From assembly GCA_035063585.1 (NCBI GenBank), contig JAPSGB010000002.1:96001-160000 (forward strand): a DNA stretch of 64,000 nt, written 5' to 3'. Made by a program: the position numbers and the translations under genes. The DNA is from Polyangiaceae bacterium (GTDB lineage: Bacteria > Myxococcota_A > Polyangia > Polyangiales > Polyangiaceae). The notes under the pieces are model-generated. The model searched no databases. It saw only the letters and a program-made list of their open reading frames with translations, and was not told where the DNA came from. Shown here in pieces: positions 24,584 to 34,631 of this stretch; position 1 is the stretch's first letter; each line of letters begins with the position of its first letter.

Positions 24584-25609
24584 ATGCTGCCCTGGTCGAC
24601 CGACATGAAGGGCCGCGTCGAGCGCCTCACGCTCGACAGCGCGCTCCTCCGCGACAACGCCCTCGGCGATCCGCACGAGCGCCCGCTCTGGGTCTATCTG
24701 CCGCCTGGCTACGACGACGCGCCCGCGGCGCGCTACCCCGTCATCTACCAGCTCCAGGGCTTCACCGGGCAGGTGGACATGTGGGCGAACCGGTCGGCGT
24801 TCCGCCGGAGCTTCCTCGAGCTCCTCGACGAGCTCTTCGCGCGCGGCGGCGCGCCGCCGTGCATCGTCGTCTTCCCCGACTGCTGGACGAGCCTCGGCGG
24901 CAGCCAGTTCCTCGACTCACCGGCGACCGGTCGCTACCACTCGTACCTCACGGGCGAGGTGGTCCCCTTCGTCGATGCGCGCTTTCGCTCCCTGGCGGCG
25001 CGCGAGCACCGCGCGGTGGCCGGGAAATCGAGCGGCGGCTACGGCGCGATGGTGACCGCCATGCTCCGCCCGGATCTCTTCGGCGGGCTTGCCACCCACG
25101 CGGGCGACGCGCTCTTCGAGGTCTGCTACGAGCCGGATTTCCGCGAATGCGTGCGCGCGCTCCGCGACGGTTACGGCGGCTCGTTCGAGCGCTTCTTCGC
25201 CGACCACCGCGGGCGCCCGGCGCTCTCGAAACCGAGCGATCACGTGCTCATGAACGTGTGGGGCATGGCGGCGTGCTATTCGGCCGACCCCGACGGTAGC
25301 GTCCACCTGCCCTTCGATCCGGAAACGGGGCGCATGAAGCTCGACATCTGGGAGCGCTGGCTCGATCGCGATCCGGTCCGCATGGCGCCGTTCCACGCCG
25401 AGGCGCTCCGCTCGATGCGCGCCATCTACATCGACGCCGGCCGGCGCGATCAATGGTTCCTCGACCTCGGCGCGGAGGCGTTCCGCCGCGAGTGCGCGGC
25501 AGCCTCGGCGCCCGACGTCTGCTTCGAGCTCTTCGAGGGGACGCACAGCGGCATCGAGTACCGCTACCCGCTCGCCGTGAAGTACCTCGCGGAGCGACTC
25601 GAGGGATAG
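24584..25609 (+). CDS. Putative esterase (enterochelin-esterase-like alpha/beta hydrolase)
   Basis: VYLPPGY, RYPVIY, GKSSGGYGA nucleophile elbow, YIDAGRRD, FEGTH. Confidence 0.88.
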   Translation: MLPWSTDMKGRVERLTLDSALLRDNALGDPHERPLWVYLPPGYDDAPAARYPVIYQLQGFTGQVDMWANRSAFRRSFLELLDELFARGGAPPCIVVFPDCWTSLGGSQFLDSPATGRYHSYLTGEVVPFVDARFRSLAAREHRAVAGKSSGGYGAMVTAMLRPDLFGGLATHAGDALFEVCYEPDFRECVRALRDGYGGSFERFFADHRGRPALSKPSDHVLMNVWGMAACYSADPDGSVHLPFDPETGRMKLDIWERWLDRDPVRMAPFHAEALRSMRAIYIDAGRRDQWFLDLGAEAFRRECAAASAPDVCFELFEGTHSGIEYRYPLAVKYLAERLEG

Positions 25610-25718
25610 AGGTCGGTCCGGCGCGGCCGGCGGCGCGGCGCCGCGTCGCGCCAGAAGCGAAAATTGGCCGGCTTTCGCGCCGTATCGACCCCCCATCATT
25701 CGGGATATCCTCCCCGCC

Positions 25719-28145
25719 ATGAGATCGACGCCGGGCGGCGCCAAGACCATCCTTCGCCTCTCTTTGCTCGTCGCGCTCCTCGCGACGCTGCTGCTCTCCG
25801 CGTGCAGGAACCGCGCGGGAGGCGCCGCCGACCAGCTGCTCGGCGGGCTGCGCCCCGCGCGCGCGGTCGCGGTCGAGGGTGCGGAGAAGCTGACCAACGG
25901 CGAGGTCGTGGCGCGCGGCGACGACTGGCGGTCGACCCCCGCCACGGTCCTGAACGGCTCGGGCGCGTTCGTCGAGTACGATCTCGGGCGTGCCGCCGGC
26001 ATCGACGCCGCGTACCTCCAAGCAGACGGCAACGACTCGTACACGGTGAGCGTGTCGGACGACGGGGCGCACTTCACCCGGCTGTGGACCGCGGAGCCGG
26101 TGCCGGACCCGGGGCTCCAGCCGCGCTGGGCGGCCAACCTCGGCGGCCATGGGCGCTACGTGCGGCTCGCTGCCAGCGGCGGAGACGGTCGCTACAGCGT
26201 GACCGAGCTCGCTCTCTACTCGAAGGCGCCGTCGCCATTTCCCCCGCGCTTCCGCGTGGTGAGCAGCGCACCCTCGCCGGAGCTCCTTCGCAGCGCGACG
26301 CTCGTGTTCGGGCTCACGCTCGCGCTCTTTGCGCTGCTCGCGCCCGGCAAGAGCGGCTGGTGGTGGACGCTGCTGCTCGCCGGGCTGCCCATCGCCGGCG
26401 CGGTGCAGTGGCTGCAGACGCTCGCCCTGGCTTGGCCCGTCGAGCCGCGCGAGGTCTCGCTGGTCCGCGGCGTGGCAGCGGCGGTGGCCGCGGTGGCGAT
26501 CCTACGCGAGGCGCTCGCGTCGCCGGCGTGGCCGGCGAGCCGCCACGCGGTGCTCGGCACGCTCGCGGTGTGCGGCGCGCTGGCGGCGGCCTCCTTCGCC
26601 AACCTCGGGCGCGCACAATTCTACGACCACGAGCACGGCGCCCCCGGCTACGTGCACAACTTCGACATGCGGGTCTACTACCCGGTGGCGAAGTACTTCC
26701 GCGAGCTCCGCTTCGACGGCCTCTACGAAGCGAGCGTGGCCGCATACATCGACGACGACCCGAAGCAGAGCGTCACGTCACTTGGCAACGTGGCGCTCCG
26801 CGATCTCAGGACGCACGCCATGGTGCGCGTGCGCGACGTGGCGCCGCGCATCGCGGAGGTGAAGGCACGCTTCAGCCCGGCGCGATGGCGCGAGTTCGTG
26901 GCCGACATGCGCTACTTCCGGCTCACCATGGGCACCCGCGACTATCTCGGCAGCATGAGCGACCACGGCGGTAACGCCACCCCGGCGTGGTTCGCCATCG
27001 CGCACGTGCTGTTCGCCTTCACGCACGCGTCGAACCAGACCTTGCTCATCACTGGAATGCTCGATCCGCTCCTGCTCGGGCTCGCGTTCTTCGCGATCTT
27101 CCGCACGTTCGGCGCGCGCACGATGCTCGTCTCCTTGGTCATCTTCGGCGCGAACGATTTCTACATGTTCGGCACCGACTGGTTCGGCGCCACGCTGCGC
27201 CACGACTGGATGGCGTACCTCGCGCTCGGAGCGTGCGCGCTCAAGGTGCGGCGCTTCAAGCTGGCGGGCGCGCTGCTCGGGCTCTCGGCCCTGATGCGCG
27301 CGTTCCCGATCGTGGCGCTGGTCGGGGTCGCGATCCCGGCGCTCGGCTGGCTCGGCGCGGAGACCATCCGCCGCCGCAAGCTGCCGAAGTGGTCCGAGCT
27401 CACGCGGCAGCACCGAGCGACCCTCGAGGTCGCAGTCGGCGCGCTCGCGGTGGGGCTCGGTATGCTGGTCGTCTCGTCGATCCTGTTCACACCGAGCGCG
27501 TGGACGGGCTGGCTCCACAAGGTCCAGATGCTGGACTCGAGCCCGCACGTGAACCACGTCAGCCTGCGCGGCCTGGTCGCCGGCTCCGAGGGCATCCAGG
27601 GGCGCGTGCTCCGCGAGCGGATGCCGGTCTTCGTCGCCGGCATCGTCGCGGCCATCGTGCTCGTCATCGCCGCCGCGCGCCGCCGGCCGCTCCACCAGGC
27701 CGCGATCCTCGCGCTGCCGCTGGTGCCGGTGCTCTTCAACCCGGCAAACTACTATAGCCACCTCGTGTTTCTGTTCCCGCTGGTCGTGCTCGAGCGGCGG
27801 GGCGAGGCCTGGCCGCTCGCGAGGCGAGACGCAGCGCTCTGGACCGTCATGCTCGGCATGTGCGCCGCGCAGTACGGCACGACCCTCGTGCAGGACCTCG
27901 GGCTCCATTTCTACCTGGCGACCGCGCTCTTGTTCCTGACCATCGCGGTCATGCTGGTGACCCTCGCCGCGACCGAAACCGGCGCGCTCGCGGGCGGCGC
28001 GCTCGAACCCGTGCTCGCCGGCGGGCCGTCGCCCGCGCCGGAGCGCGAGCCCGAAGCAAGCGACGGCGAAGCGCGGGCGGAGGCGCCGGGACCCGCGCGG
28101 GGCGAGCCCGAGCCGGAGCGAGCCCACCTACCAGATGGTAAGTGA
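25719..28145 (+). CDS. Polytopic membrane protein: N-terminal discoidin/galactose-binding-like domain + GT-C (GT87-like) glycosyltransferase-like region
   Basis: Lipobox-like LSAC; EYDLG..LQADGNDSY..VSDDG..RYVRL; HNFDMRVYYPVAKYFRELRFDGLY, DHGGNATPAW; about 10 TM segments. Confidence 0.7.
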   Translation: MRSTPGGAKTILRLSLLVALLATLLLSACRNRAGGAADQLLGGLRPARAVAVEGAEKLTNGEVVARGDDWRSTPATVLNGSGAFVEYDLGRAAGIDAAYLQADGNDSYTVSVSDDGAHFTRLWTAEPVPDPGLQPRWAANLGGHGRYVRLAASGGDGRYSVTELALYSKAPSPFPPRFRVVSSAPSPELLRSATLVFGLTLALFALLAPGKSGWWWTLLLAGLPIAGAVQWLQTLALAWPVEPREVSLVRGVAAAVAAVAILREALASPAWPASRHAVLGTLAVCGALAAASFANLGRAQFYDHEHGAPGYVHNFDMRVYYPVAKYFRELRFDGLYEASVAAYIDDDPKQSVTSLGNVALRDLRTHAMVRVRDVAPRIAEVKARFSPARWREFVADMRYFRLTMGTRDYLGSMSDHGGNATPAWFAIAHVLFAFTHASNQTLLITGMLDPLLLGLAFFAIFRTFGARTMLVSLVIFGANDFYMFGTDWFGATLRHDWMAYLALGACALKVRRFKLAGALLGLSALMRAFPIVALVGVAIPALGWLGAETIRRRKLPKWSELTRQHRATLEVAVGALAVGLGMLVVSSILFTPSAWTGWLHKVQMLDSSPHVNHVSLRGLVAGSEGIQGRVLRERMPVFVAGIVAAIVLVIAAARRRPLHQAAILALPLVPVLFNPANYYSHLVFLFPLVVLERRGEAWPLARRDAALWTVMLGMCAAQYGTTLVQDLGLHFYLATALLFLTIAVMLVTLAATETGALAGGALEPVLAGGPSPAPEREPEASDGEARAEAPGPARGEPEPERAHLPDGK

Positions 28146-28264
28146 GCTCGCTCCAAACCCAGCTGACTTTTGCGCTATTATTTCCTTGGTTCTCGGATTA
28201 CCTACCATTTGGTAGGCACCTTACCGCTGGATTCCGCGCCGCACCGACCCCCGGCTCGGAGTTG

Positions 28265-31200
28265 ATGCTGCCCGGCAAGGGGGATAAGACGAGCGACGTG
28301 AGCGAAGCGAGACGGGCCCGGAGACGAGGGCGAGGGCGAGCGCGCCGCAGGGTCGCGGCTCCCCTCGCGAGAGCGCGCGCCGGCGCCGAGAACGCCCTCG
28401 AGGTGATCCGGCTCGGCCGGCTCACGGTGCGTGATGGCGCGCACTATGAGGTGGCGCATCGCGACCACATGTACCGGCTGCGCCACTATGTCGCGCCCGG
28501 CGCGACCACCGCCGCGCACGCCCCGGTGCTCGTGCTCGTCCCGCCCTTGATGCTCACCGCGGAGATCTACGACGTCGCTCCCGAGCTGTCGGCGGTGGCG
28601 CAGCTCGGCGTGGCCGGCGTGGATGCGTGGGTGGTCGATTTCGGCGCGCCGGAGCGGGAGGAGGGCGGGATGCAGCGCACCCTCGACGATCACGTCCGCG
28701 CGGTGGCGGACGCGGTCGGTCGAGTGCGCGAGCTGGCGGGGCGCGACGTGCACCTCGCCGGGTACTCGCAAGGTGGCATGTTCGCCTATCAGGCGGCCGC
28801 GTTTCAGCGGTCGGAGGGCATCGCCTCGATCATCACCTTCGGCAGCCCGGTCGACATCCACCGGAACGTCCCCGCGCTCGGCGCCGAGCTCACCGCGCGG
28901 GTGATCCGCGCGGTGCGCCCCATGATCGAGGCGCCGCTCGAGCGGATGGAAGGCCTCCCGGGCGTCCTCACGAGCACCGGCTTCAAGCTGCTCAGCCCGA
29001 AGAAGGAGATTTCACAGCTCTTCGACTTCGTGAAGAAGCTGCACGACCGGAGCGCGCTCGAGAAGCGGGAGACGCGGCGGCGCTTCCTCGCGGGCGAGGG
29101 CTTCGTCGCCTGGCCAGGGCCCGCGCTTCGTCAGTTCATCGACGAGTTCATCGTCCACAACCGCATGCTGAGCGGCGGGTTCGTGATCGACGGGCGGACG
29201 GTCACGCTCGCCGACATCCGCTGCCCCGTGCTCTGTTTCGTGGGCTCCCGCGACGAGATCGCGCGCCCCGACGCGGTGCGCGCGATCGGGCGCGCGGCGC
29301 CGAGCGCCGAGCTCAGCGAGCTCACCGTCCCGGCCGGTCATTTCGGGCTGGTGGTCGGCTCGACCGCGAGTCGGGAGACGTGGCCGGCGGTCATCGAGTG
29401 GCTGCGCTGGCGCGACGCGGGTGGCGCGAAGCCTCCCCGCTTCGCCAGTGAGGAGCGCGGAGACGACGAACCGGAAGCGCTCGCGGAGATCGAGGACCTC
29501 GCCTTCGAGGAGCCGCTCGACATCGAGCTCTTCTATGACGCGGCGCGCGGCACCATCGAGTCCGCGTGGAAGCGACTCGCGCACCTGATCGAGGACGCCG
29601 GGGACGCGCTCGATCACCTCCGCTTCCAGCTCCCGCGCTTGAACCAGCTCGGGAAGATGGAGGACGAGACGCGCACGAGCTTCGGGCTCGAGCTCGCGCG
29701 GCAGGCGCGCGAGATCCCCGAGCAGACCTTCTTCATCTGGAAGGGGCGCGCGTTCTCGTACAAAGTCGCCGATCACCGCGTCGACAACGTGGTGCGTGGG
29801 CTCATCCACTGCGGGGTGCGCGCGGGCGATCACGTGGGCGTGGTGATGGAGGGGCGGCCGAGCTACCTCACCGTGGTAACGGCCCTGAACCGCATCGGCG
29901 CGATCGCGGTGCTGACCAGCCCGCACGTCGACGACGCGACGCTCGGGCGGGCGCTCCACATGGACGAGCTCGCGCTGCTCGTCGCCGACCCCGACCACGC
30001 AGCGCGCGCGCATGGGGTGTTCCCCGGGACGGTGCTGGTGCTCGGCGGCGGCTCCGAGCGCGGGGTGCCGCCCGGCGTGGTCGACATGGAGTCGATCGAT
30101 CCGGACGCGGTGGCGCTCCCCGAGTGGTATCGACCGAACCCGGGCCGCGCGGCGGACGTCGCGCTGATCATGATCACCGCCGGAGACACCCCCGCGCGGG
30201 ATCGCGCCGCGCGCATCACCAACCGCCGCTGGGCCTTCTCGGCTTACGGGGCGGCGGCCGCCTGCACCCTCACCCCGAAGGACACCGTATATGCCTGCCT
30301 CCCTTTGCACCACCCGGCGGGGCTCCTGGTGTCGGTCGGCTCCGCGCTGGTGGGCGGCACGCGCCTCGCGCTCGCGACGCGCTTCGACCCGCAGGTGTTC
30401 TGGGACGAGGTCCACCGCTACGGCGCGACCGTGGTCTATTACGCCGGCGAGCTCTGCCGCGAGCTGGTCGACGCGCCGCCGATCGCCGGCGAGCGTGACA
30501 CGCCGCTCCGGCTGTTCGCTGGCAGCGGCATCAAGCCAGACGTCTGGCGTCAGGTGCTCGAGCGGTTCCGCGGCGTCGGCGTGCTCGAGTTCTACGCGTC
30601 GACGGAGGTGAACCTGGTGCTCGCGAACGCAGCGGGCGAGAAGATCGGCGCGCTCGGCCGCCCGCTCCCGGGCAGCACCGAGCTCGAGCTCGTCGAGTAC
30701 GACTTCGAGCTCGATGACTTCCGACGAGACTCGCTCGGTCGGTTCATTCGCGCGGCCAACGACGAGGCCGGCGTGCTCATCGCGCAGGTCGCGCCTCCGG
30801 GCGCGCTCGAGTCCGGCGAGCGCCTGATGGGGAGCGATGCGGCGCGCATCCGCCGGAGCGTCTTCAGCTCGGGCGACGCCTGGTTCGTCACCAAGGATTT
30901 TCTTCGTCGCGACGCGGATGGCGACTACTGGTTCGTCGATCGGCTGCGCGATCTCATCCGCGCCGCTCGAGGCGTGATGCCGACGCGGCCGCTCGAGGAG
31001 GCGCTCCACGAGCTGCCGGCGGTCGCGCTCGCGATCGCTTACGGGGTCCGGTTGCCGGGCGCTCACCACGAGGAGCCGGTGGCGGCCGTGGTGCTCCGCC
31101 CTGGCGCGCGGCTCGACCTCGATGCGCTGCGACCGGAGCGGGCTCGACCGAGCTTCGTCCGCGTGGTGGAGCGCATCCCGATGACCGACGGGTACCGGCT

Positions 31201-31330
31201 CTTGAAGGCGCCGCTCCGTGACCAAGGCATCGTGGTGGACGGCCGGACGTTCTGGCTCGATCCCAAGCGAGGGCGCTACGTGATGCTCGACGGCGAGAGC
31301 TACGCCGCGGCGCTGACAGCCTCGCCCTGA
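28265..31330 (+). CDS. Fused PhaC-like alpha/beta hydrolase + acyl-CoA synthetase-like domain (Rv1683-type architecture)
   Basis: NALEVIRLG, VPPLM, VDFGAP, GYSQGG, GSPVD, GHFGLVVGS; then ITNRRWAFSA, PLHH, EFYASTE, YWFVDR; start uncertain (28142/28265/28298). Confidence 0.85.
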   Translation: MLPGKGDKTSDVSEARRARRRGRGRARRRVAAPLARARAGAENALEVIRLGRLTVRDGAHYEVAHRDHMYRLRHYVAPGATTAAHAPVLVLVPPLMLTAEIYDVAPELSAVAQLGVAGVDAWVVDFGAPEREEGGMQRTLDDHVRAVADAVGRVRELAGRDVHLAGYSQGGMFAYQAAAFQRSEGIASIITFGSPVDIHRNVPALGAELTARVIRAVRPMIEAPLERMEGLPGVLTSTGFKLLSPKKEISQLFDFVKKLHDRSALEKRETRRRFLAGEGFVAWPGPALRQFIDEFIVHNRMLSGGFVIDGRTVTLADIRCPVLCFVGSRDEIARPDAVRAIGRAAPSAELSELTVPAGHFGLVVGSTASRETWPAVIEWLRWRDAGGAKPPRFASEERGDDEPEALAEIEDLAFEEPLDIELFYDAARGTIESAWKRLAHLIEDAGDALDHLRFQLPRLNQLGKMEDETRTSFGLELARQAREIPEQTFFIWKGRAFSYKVADHRVDNVVRGLIHCGVRAGDHVGVVMEGRPSYLTVVTALNRIGAIAVLTSPHVDDATLGRALHMDELALLVADPDHAARAHGVFPGTVLVLGGGSERGVPPGVVDMESIDPDAVALPEWYRPNPGRAADVALIMITAGDTPARDRAARITNRRWAFSAYGAAAACTLTPKDTVYACLPLHHPAGLLVSVGSALVGGTRLALATRFDPQVFWDEVHRYGATVVYYAGELCRELVDAPPIAGERDTPLRLFAGSGIKPDVWRQVLERFRGVGVLEFYASTEVNLVLANAAGEKIGALGRPLPGSTELELVEYDFELDDFRRDSLGRFIRAANDEAGVLIAQVAPPGALESGERLMGSDAARIRRSVFSSGDAWFVTKDFLRRDADGDYWFVDRLRDLIRAARGVMPTRPLEEALHELPAVALAIAYGVRLPGAHHEEPVAAVVLRPGARLDLDALRPERARPSFVRVVERIPMTDGYRLLKAPLRDQGIVVDGRTFWLDPKRGRYVMLDGESYAAALTASP

Positions 31331-31458
31331 GTCGGAGGCCTGCCAGGCGCGCCGCTCGGGGCGGCAATCGCGCTCCGCGTCTCGGGCTCGGCCGCGCTCG
31401 GGAGCGCGGAGCCCAATCCGCATAGAGCATCTTCCCATCGGAATGAATTGAGGCGAGC

Positions 31459-33591
31459 ATGGGCCCGATGCACACGCCCACCAGTCCGCTCGCAGGGCGT
31501 TATCGGTTCTCCAAGACGATCCAGGTCACCTCGAAGTCGGCGATCTGGCTCGCAACCGACACGCAGTCAGGTAAGCCGGTCGTCGCGTCGGCGCTCGGCG
31601 CGTCGCGCCTCGCGGGGCTCGATCGGGTGGTTGGCTTCGAGCATCCTCATCTCGCGTCGCTGCTCGCGCTCGTACCGAACCCGGCTCCGAGCGAGCTCCC
31701 GTGGGAGGGCGCGCCCATCCAGGCAGCGGCGGTGGCCATCGCGGAGTTCGTCGCGGGAAAGACGCTGCAGGCACGGCTGAAAGACGCGGCCATCGAGAGC
31801 GAGGAGGCGGTCGGGTGGGTGTATGGGCTCGCGGAAGCGGTCGGAGCGCTGCACGCGCACGGTGGGTTGCACGGCGCCATCTCGCCCCGTGGCGTGATGG
31901 TCGAGCCGCGCGGCGGCCGCATCGCGCCGGTGCTCACGCAGCTGCTCACCGCTCCGAACGGCCCGTACTGCGCGCCCGAGCGGCTCCGTGGAGGGGGCCC
32001 GAGCGCTGCGGACGACACCTGGGCGCTCGCGGGCGTCCTCTACACCGCGCTCACGGGTGCGCCGGTGTTCTCGGGCACGACGCGAGAAGAGCTGATCGCG
32101 AACATGGAGGCCGGTCCGCTGCCGCTCGCGAGCTTCGGGCTCGATGACGAGCTGCTCAGGGACCTCATGGCTCGCGCGCTCGCTCCCGAGCCGTCGCGAC
32201 GCATCGTCACGGTCGAGGCCCTCCGCGACGAGCTGGACGACTGGCAGCGAAGCGGTAGGAAAAGTCAGGTATCGGTCCCATCGCTCGACACGCCAGTCCA
32301 GAGCGCGGTCGACGCGTCGACCGATTGGGACGACGACGACGAGAAGACCACGGTCACGAGCTCTGCGGTGCTCGCGGCGATCATCGAGCAGGCCAATCGC
32401 GCCGGCTCGACCGTCGCGCCACCACCTCCCCGCGACACGCTCCCGACGCCGGCCGCGCCGCCCTCACCCGAGTCGCCTTCACTCGCAGCGCCCCCCGAGC
32501 CTCCGGCGCCGTCGGCGCCGCCGCTGTCCAGCGAAGAGACCGACGCGCTGTCGACCCTGCTCGGCGACCACGAGGAGCTCGAGGGGCCCACCCAGGTGCT
32601 CGGAGCGGAAATCTCGACGCTCCTCGCGGGGGCCGCCGCGGCCGAGCCGACGTCGGACCATGCCGGCGCTTCCTCGATGAGCGAGCCGGCTCCCCGCGTG
32701 GAGCGGACGCCCTCGCTGGCGCCGCCTTCGGAGCCCGCGAGCGCCGGATTTCCGGAGCCTCCCGCGCGCGCGGCCTCGGTCACTCCGCCGGTGCCGCCGG
32801 GCCTGGAGAGCAAAGCGCCTCGCGCGCGCGGGCGCTCGGGAGTCCTGGCGGCGCTCGCTCTAGTGTTGGTTGGAGGCGCGGCGGCGGTCTACTCGATGCG
32901 CGCGCCAGGGACGACGCTCCCTCCTGCTGGCACGAGCGCGAGTCCGGCCGCGCCGCCCACGAGCGCGAGCCCCTCGGGCGGCGGCGACCACCGTGAGGGA
33001 AATGGGCACACGAGCGGCTCGGGGCCCCGCGCGCCCGCGTCGGCGGTGGCGCCGGCAGCCTCGAGCAGCGGCGGAACCGAGCGCGCGCCGGACGCCGCGC
33101 AGCCCCTCGGCGCGTGCGTGGCGTCCTATTTCCTACCGGGAACCTTCAGCGGCGAGGAGAACTTCGACTTTCTCTGCCAAGACAAGGACTTTCGCGGAAT
33201 CAACTCTCAGTTCTACCGGCGCGTCGTGGTCGCCGGCGCCGGCAAGGTCACGCCCGGCATGCGTGAGTGGTCCGGGCTCGGCTGGTTCGAGATGGCGACC
33301 ACGGCGGTGGTGCGGGCGCGGTGCTGCCCGCCAACCGTCGCGAGACCGGAGCTACCGGAGCCGGCCGGCCCCTGCCCGAGCCTCGCCGGCGTCCTCGAGC
33401 GCCTTCCGGCGATGGTGACGCGCGAGCGGATCAAGGAAGCCGCGAGCGCCTACGGAGACGCGGTCACCTGCATGTACAAGCGGGGCATCCCGCGGCCCTA
33501 CTCCTACGGCAAGCAGCCGATCGGCTCGAACCAATACCTCTTCGAGCAGTTCCTGACCCGCGCCGCCGCCCGTTCACCCCGGGCCGAATGA
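31459..33591 (+). CDS. Membrane-anchored Ser/Thr kinase-like protein (probable pseudokinase) with Pro-rich linker and Cys-rich C-terminal domain
   Basis: EFVAGKTL, LHGAISPRGV, YCAPE, DDTWALAG kinase-fold remnants; TM GVLAALALVLVGGAAAVY; C-terminal Cys domain. Confidence 0.75.
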   Translation: MGPMHTPTSPLAGRYRFSKTIQVTSKSAIWLATDTQSGKPVVASALGASRLAGLDRVVGFEHPHLASLLALVPNPAPSELPWEGAPIQAAAVAIAEFVAGKTLQARLKDAAIESEEAVGWVYGLAEAVGALHAHGGLHGAISPRGVMVEPRGGRIAPVLTQLLTAPNGPYCAPERLRGGGPSAADDTWALAGVLYTALTGAPVFSGTTREELIANMEAGPLPLASFGLDDELLRDLMARALAPEPSRRIVTVEALRDELDDWQRSGRKSQVSVPSLDTPVQSAVDASTDWDDDDEKTTVTSSAVLAAIIEQANRAGSTVAPPPPRDTLPTPAAPPSPESPSLAAPPEPPAPSAPPLSSEETDALSTLLGDHEELEGPTQVLGAEISTLLAGAAAAEPTSDHAGASSMSEPAPRVERTPSLAPPSEPASAGFPEPPARAASVTPPVPPGLESKAPRARGRSGVLAALALVLVGGAAAVYSMRAPGTTLPPAGTSASPAAPPTSASPSGGGDHREGNGHTSGSGPRAPASAVAPAASSSGGTERAPDAAQPLGACVASYFLPGTFSGEENFDFLCQDKDFRGINSQFYRRVVVAGAGKVTPGMREWSGLGWFEMATTAVVRARCCPPTVARPELPEPAGPCPSLAGVLERLPAMVTRERIKEAASAYGDAVTCMYKRGIPRPYSYGKQPIGSNQYLFEQFLTRAAARSPRAE

Positions 33592-33617
33592 CGAGGTAGC
33601 GGGTATACTGTCGAGCC

Positions 33618-34631
33618 ATGTCGCTCGACTCGGAGCTGGTTCGGCGCGCGAGCGAGTTCGCTCGCGAGGCTCACGCGGGGCAAGTCAGAAAGGGCGACCC
33701 GACTGTCCCTTACTTCTCACACCTCGAGTCGGTCGCGCGGCGGGTCGCCGAGCACGGGCACGGCGACGAGCTCACGCTGGCGACGGCTTACCTCCACGAC
33801 GCGCTGGAGGATCAGCCGGACAGCGCGGCCGCGCTACGCGCGAGCTTCCCGGAGCCGGTGGTGGCCACGGTCGAGCTGCTCACCGAGCGCAAGCGCGATG
33901 ACCGAGGGGTCAAGCGCCCGAAGCTCGATCGCTTTCGCGACTACCTGCTCGGGCTCGGCAGAGACGACGAGAGCGCGCGGCGCGCCCGCGTCGTGAGCTG
34001 CGCGGACAAGCTCGACAACCTACTCGGGCTCGTCGAGTCGGAGCGCTCTGGCCGCCAGCTCTTGCTCGAGCTGAACACGCGCCCGGGCCAGTATGCCCCC
34101 ATGCTCGCGACCTTGCGCGAGCTGTACGCGCCGGTCGTCTCTCGCTCGATGCTGGCAGCCTACGACGAGGCGACGCGCGCGCTCCTCGAGTACATCGAGT
34201 CGTGGCTTCCCGGCCGCGCCGTCGCCATCGCGGCGCTCGCGCACCAAGGTCAGTTCGATCAGGCCGGTGAGCCTTACATCGATCACCCGCTCCGATTGAT
34301 GCTCCGCGCGAGCTCGCCGGCGGAGCGCATGGCGGCGGTGCTCCACGACGTCATCGAAGACTCCCGGTGGACGCTCGCCGAGCTGCGTGATGAGGGCTTT
34401 CCGGAGGAGGTCCTCCGCGCGGTCGAGCACCTCACCCGCCGCGCGGGGGAGACGTACCAGGAGTTCATCGGCCGCGTGCTCGAGGATCCGCTCGCGGTAC
34501 GCGTGAAGCTCCTGGACCTCGAGGACAACCTCGACGTTCGCCGTCTCGCCGAGGTCGGAGAGCGCGACCTCGAGCGGCTCGCCCGTTACCACGCGGCCCG
34601 CCGGCGCCTTCGCGCAGCGCTCGATGGCTAA
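33618..34631 (+). CDS. Tandem double HD-domain protein (two RelA/SpoT-type small alarmone hydrolase-like domains)
   Basis: Domain 1: AHAGQVRK..PYFSH..LHDALED..ADKLDN. Domain 2: AHQGQFDQAGEPYIDHP..LHDVIED..VKLLDLEDN. Confidence 0.88.
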   Translation: MSLDSELVRRASEFAREAHAGQVRKGDPTVPYFSHLESVARRVAEHGHGDELTLATAYLHDALEDQPDSAAALRASFPEPVVATVELLTERKRDDRGVKRPKLDRFRDYLLGLGRDDESARRARVVSCADKLDNLLGLVESERSGRQLLLELNTRPGQYAPMLATLRELYAPVVSRSMLAAYDEATRALLEYIESWLPGRAVAIAALAHQGQFDQAGEPYIDHPLRLMLRASSPAERMAAVLHDVIEDSRWTLAELRDEGFPEEVLRAVEHLTRRAGETYQEFIGRVLEDPLAVRVKLLDLEDNLDVRRLAEVGERDLERLARYHAARRRLRAALDG

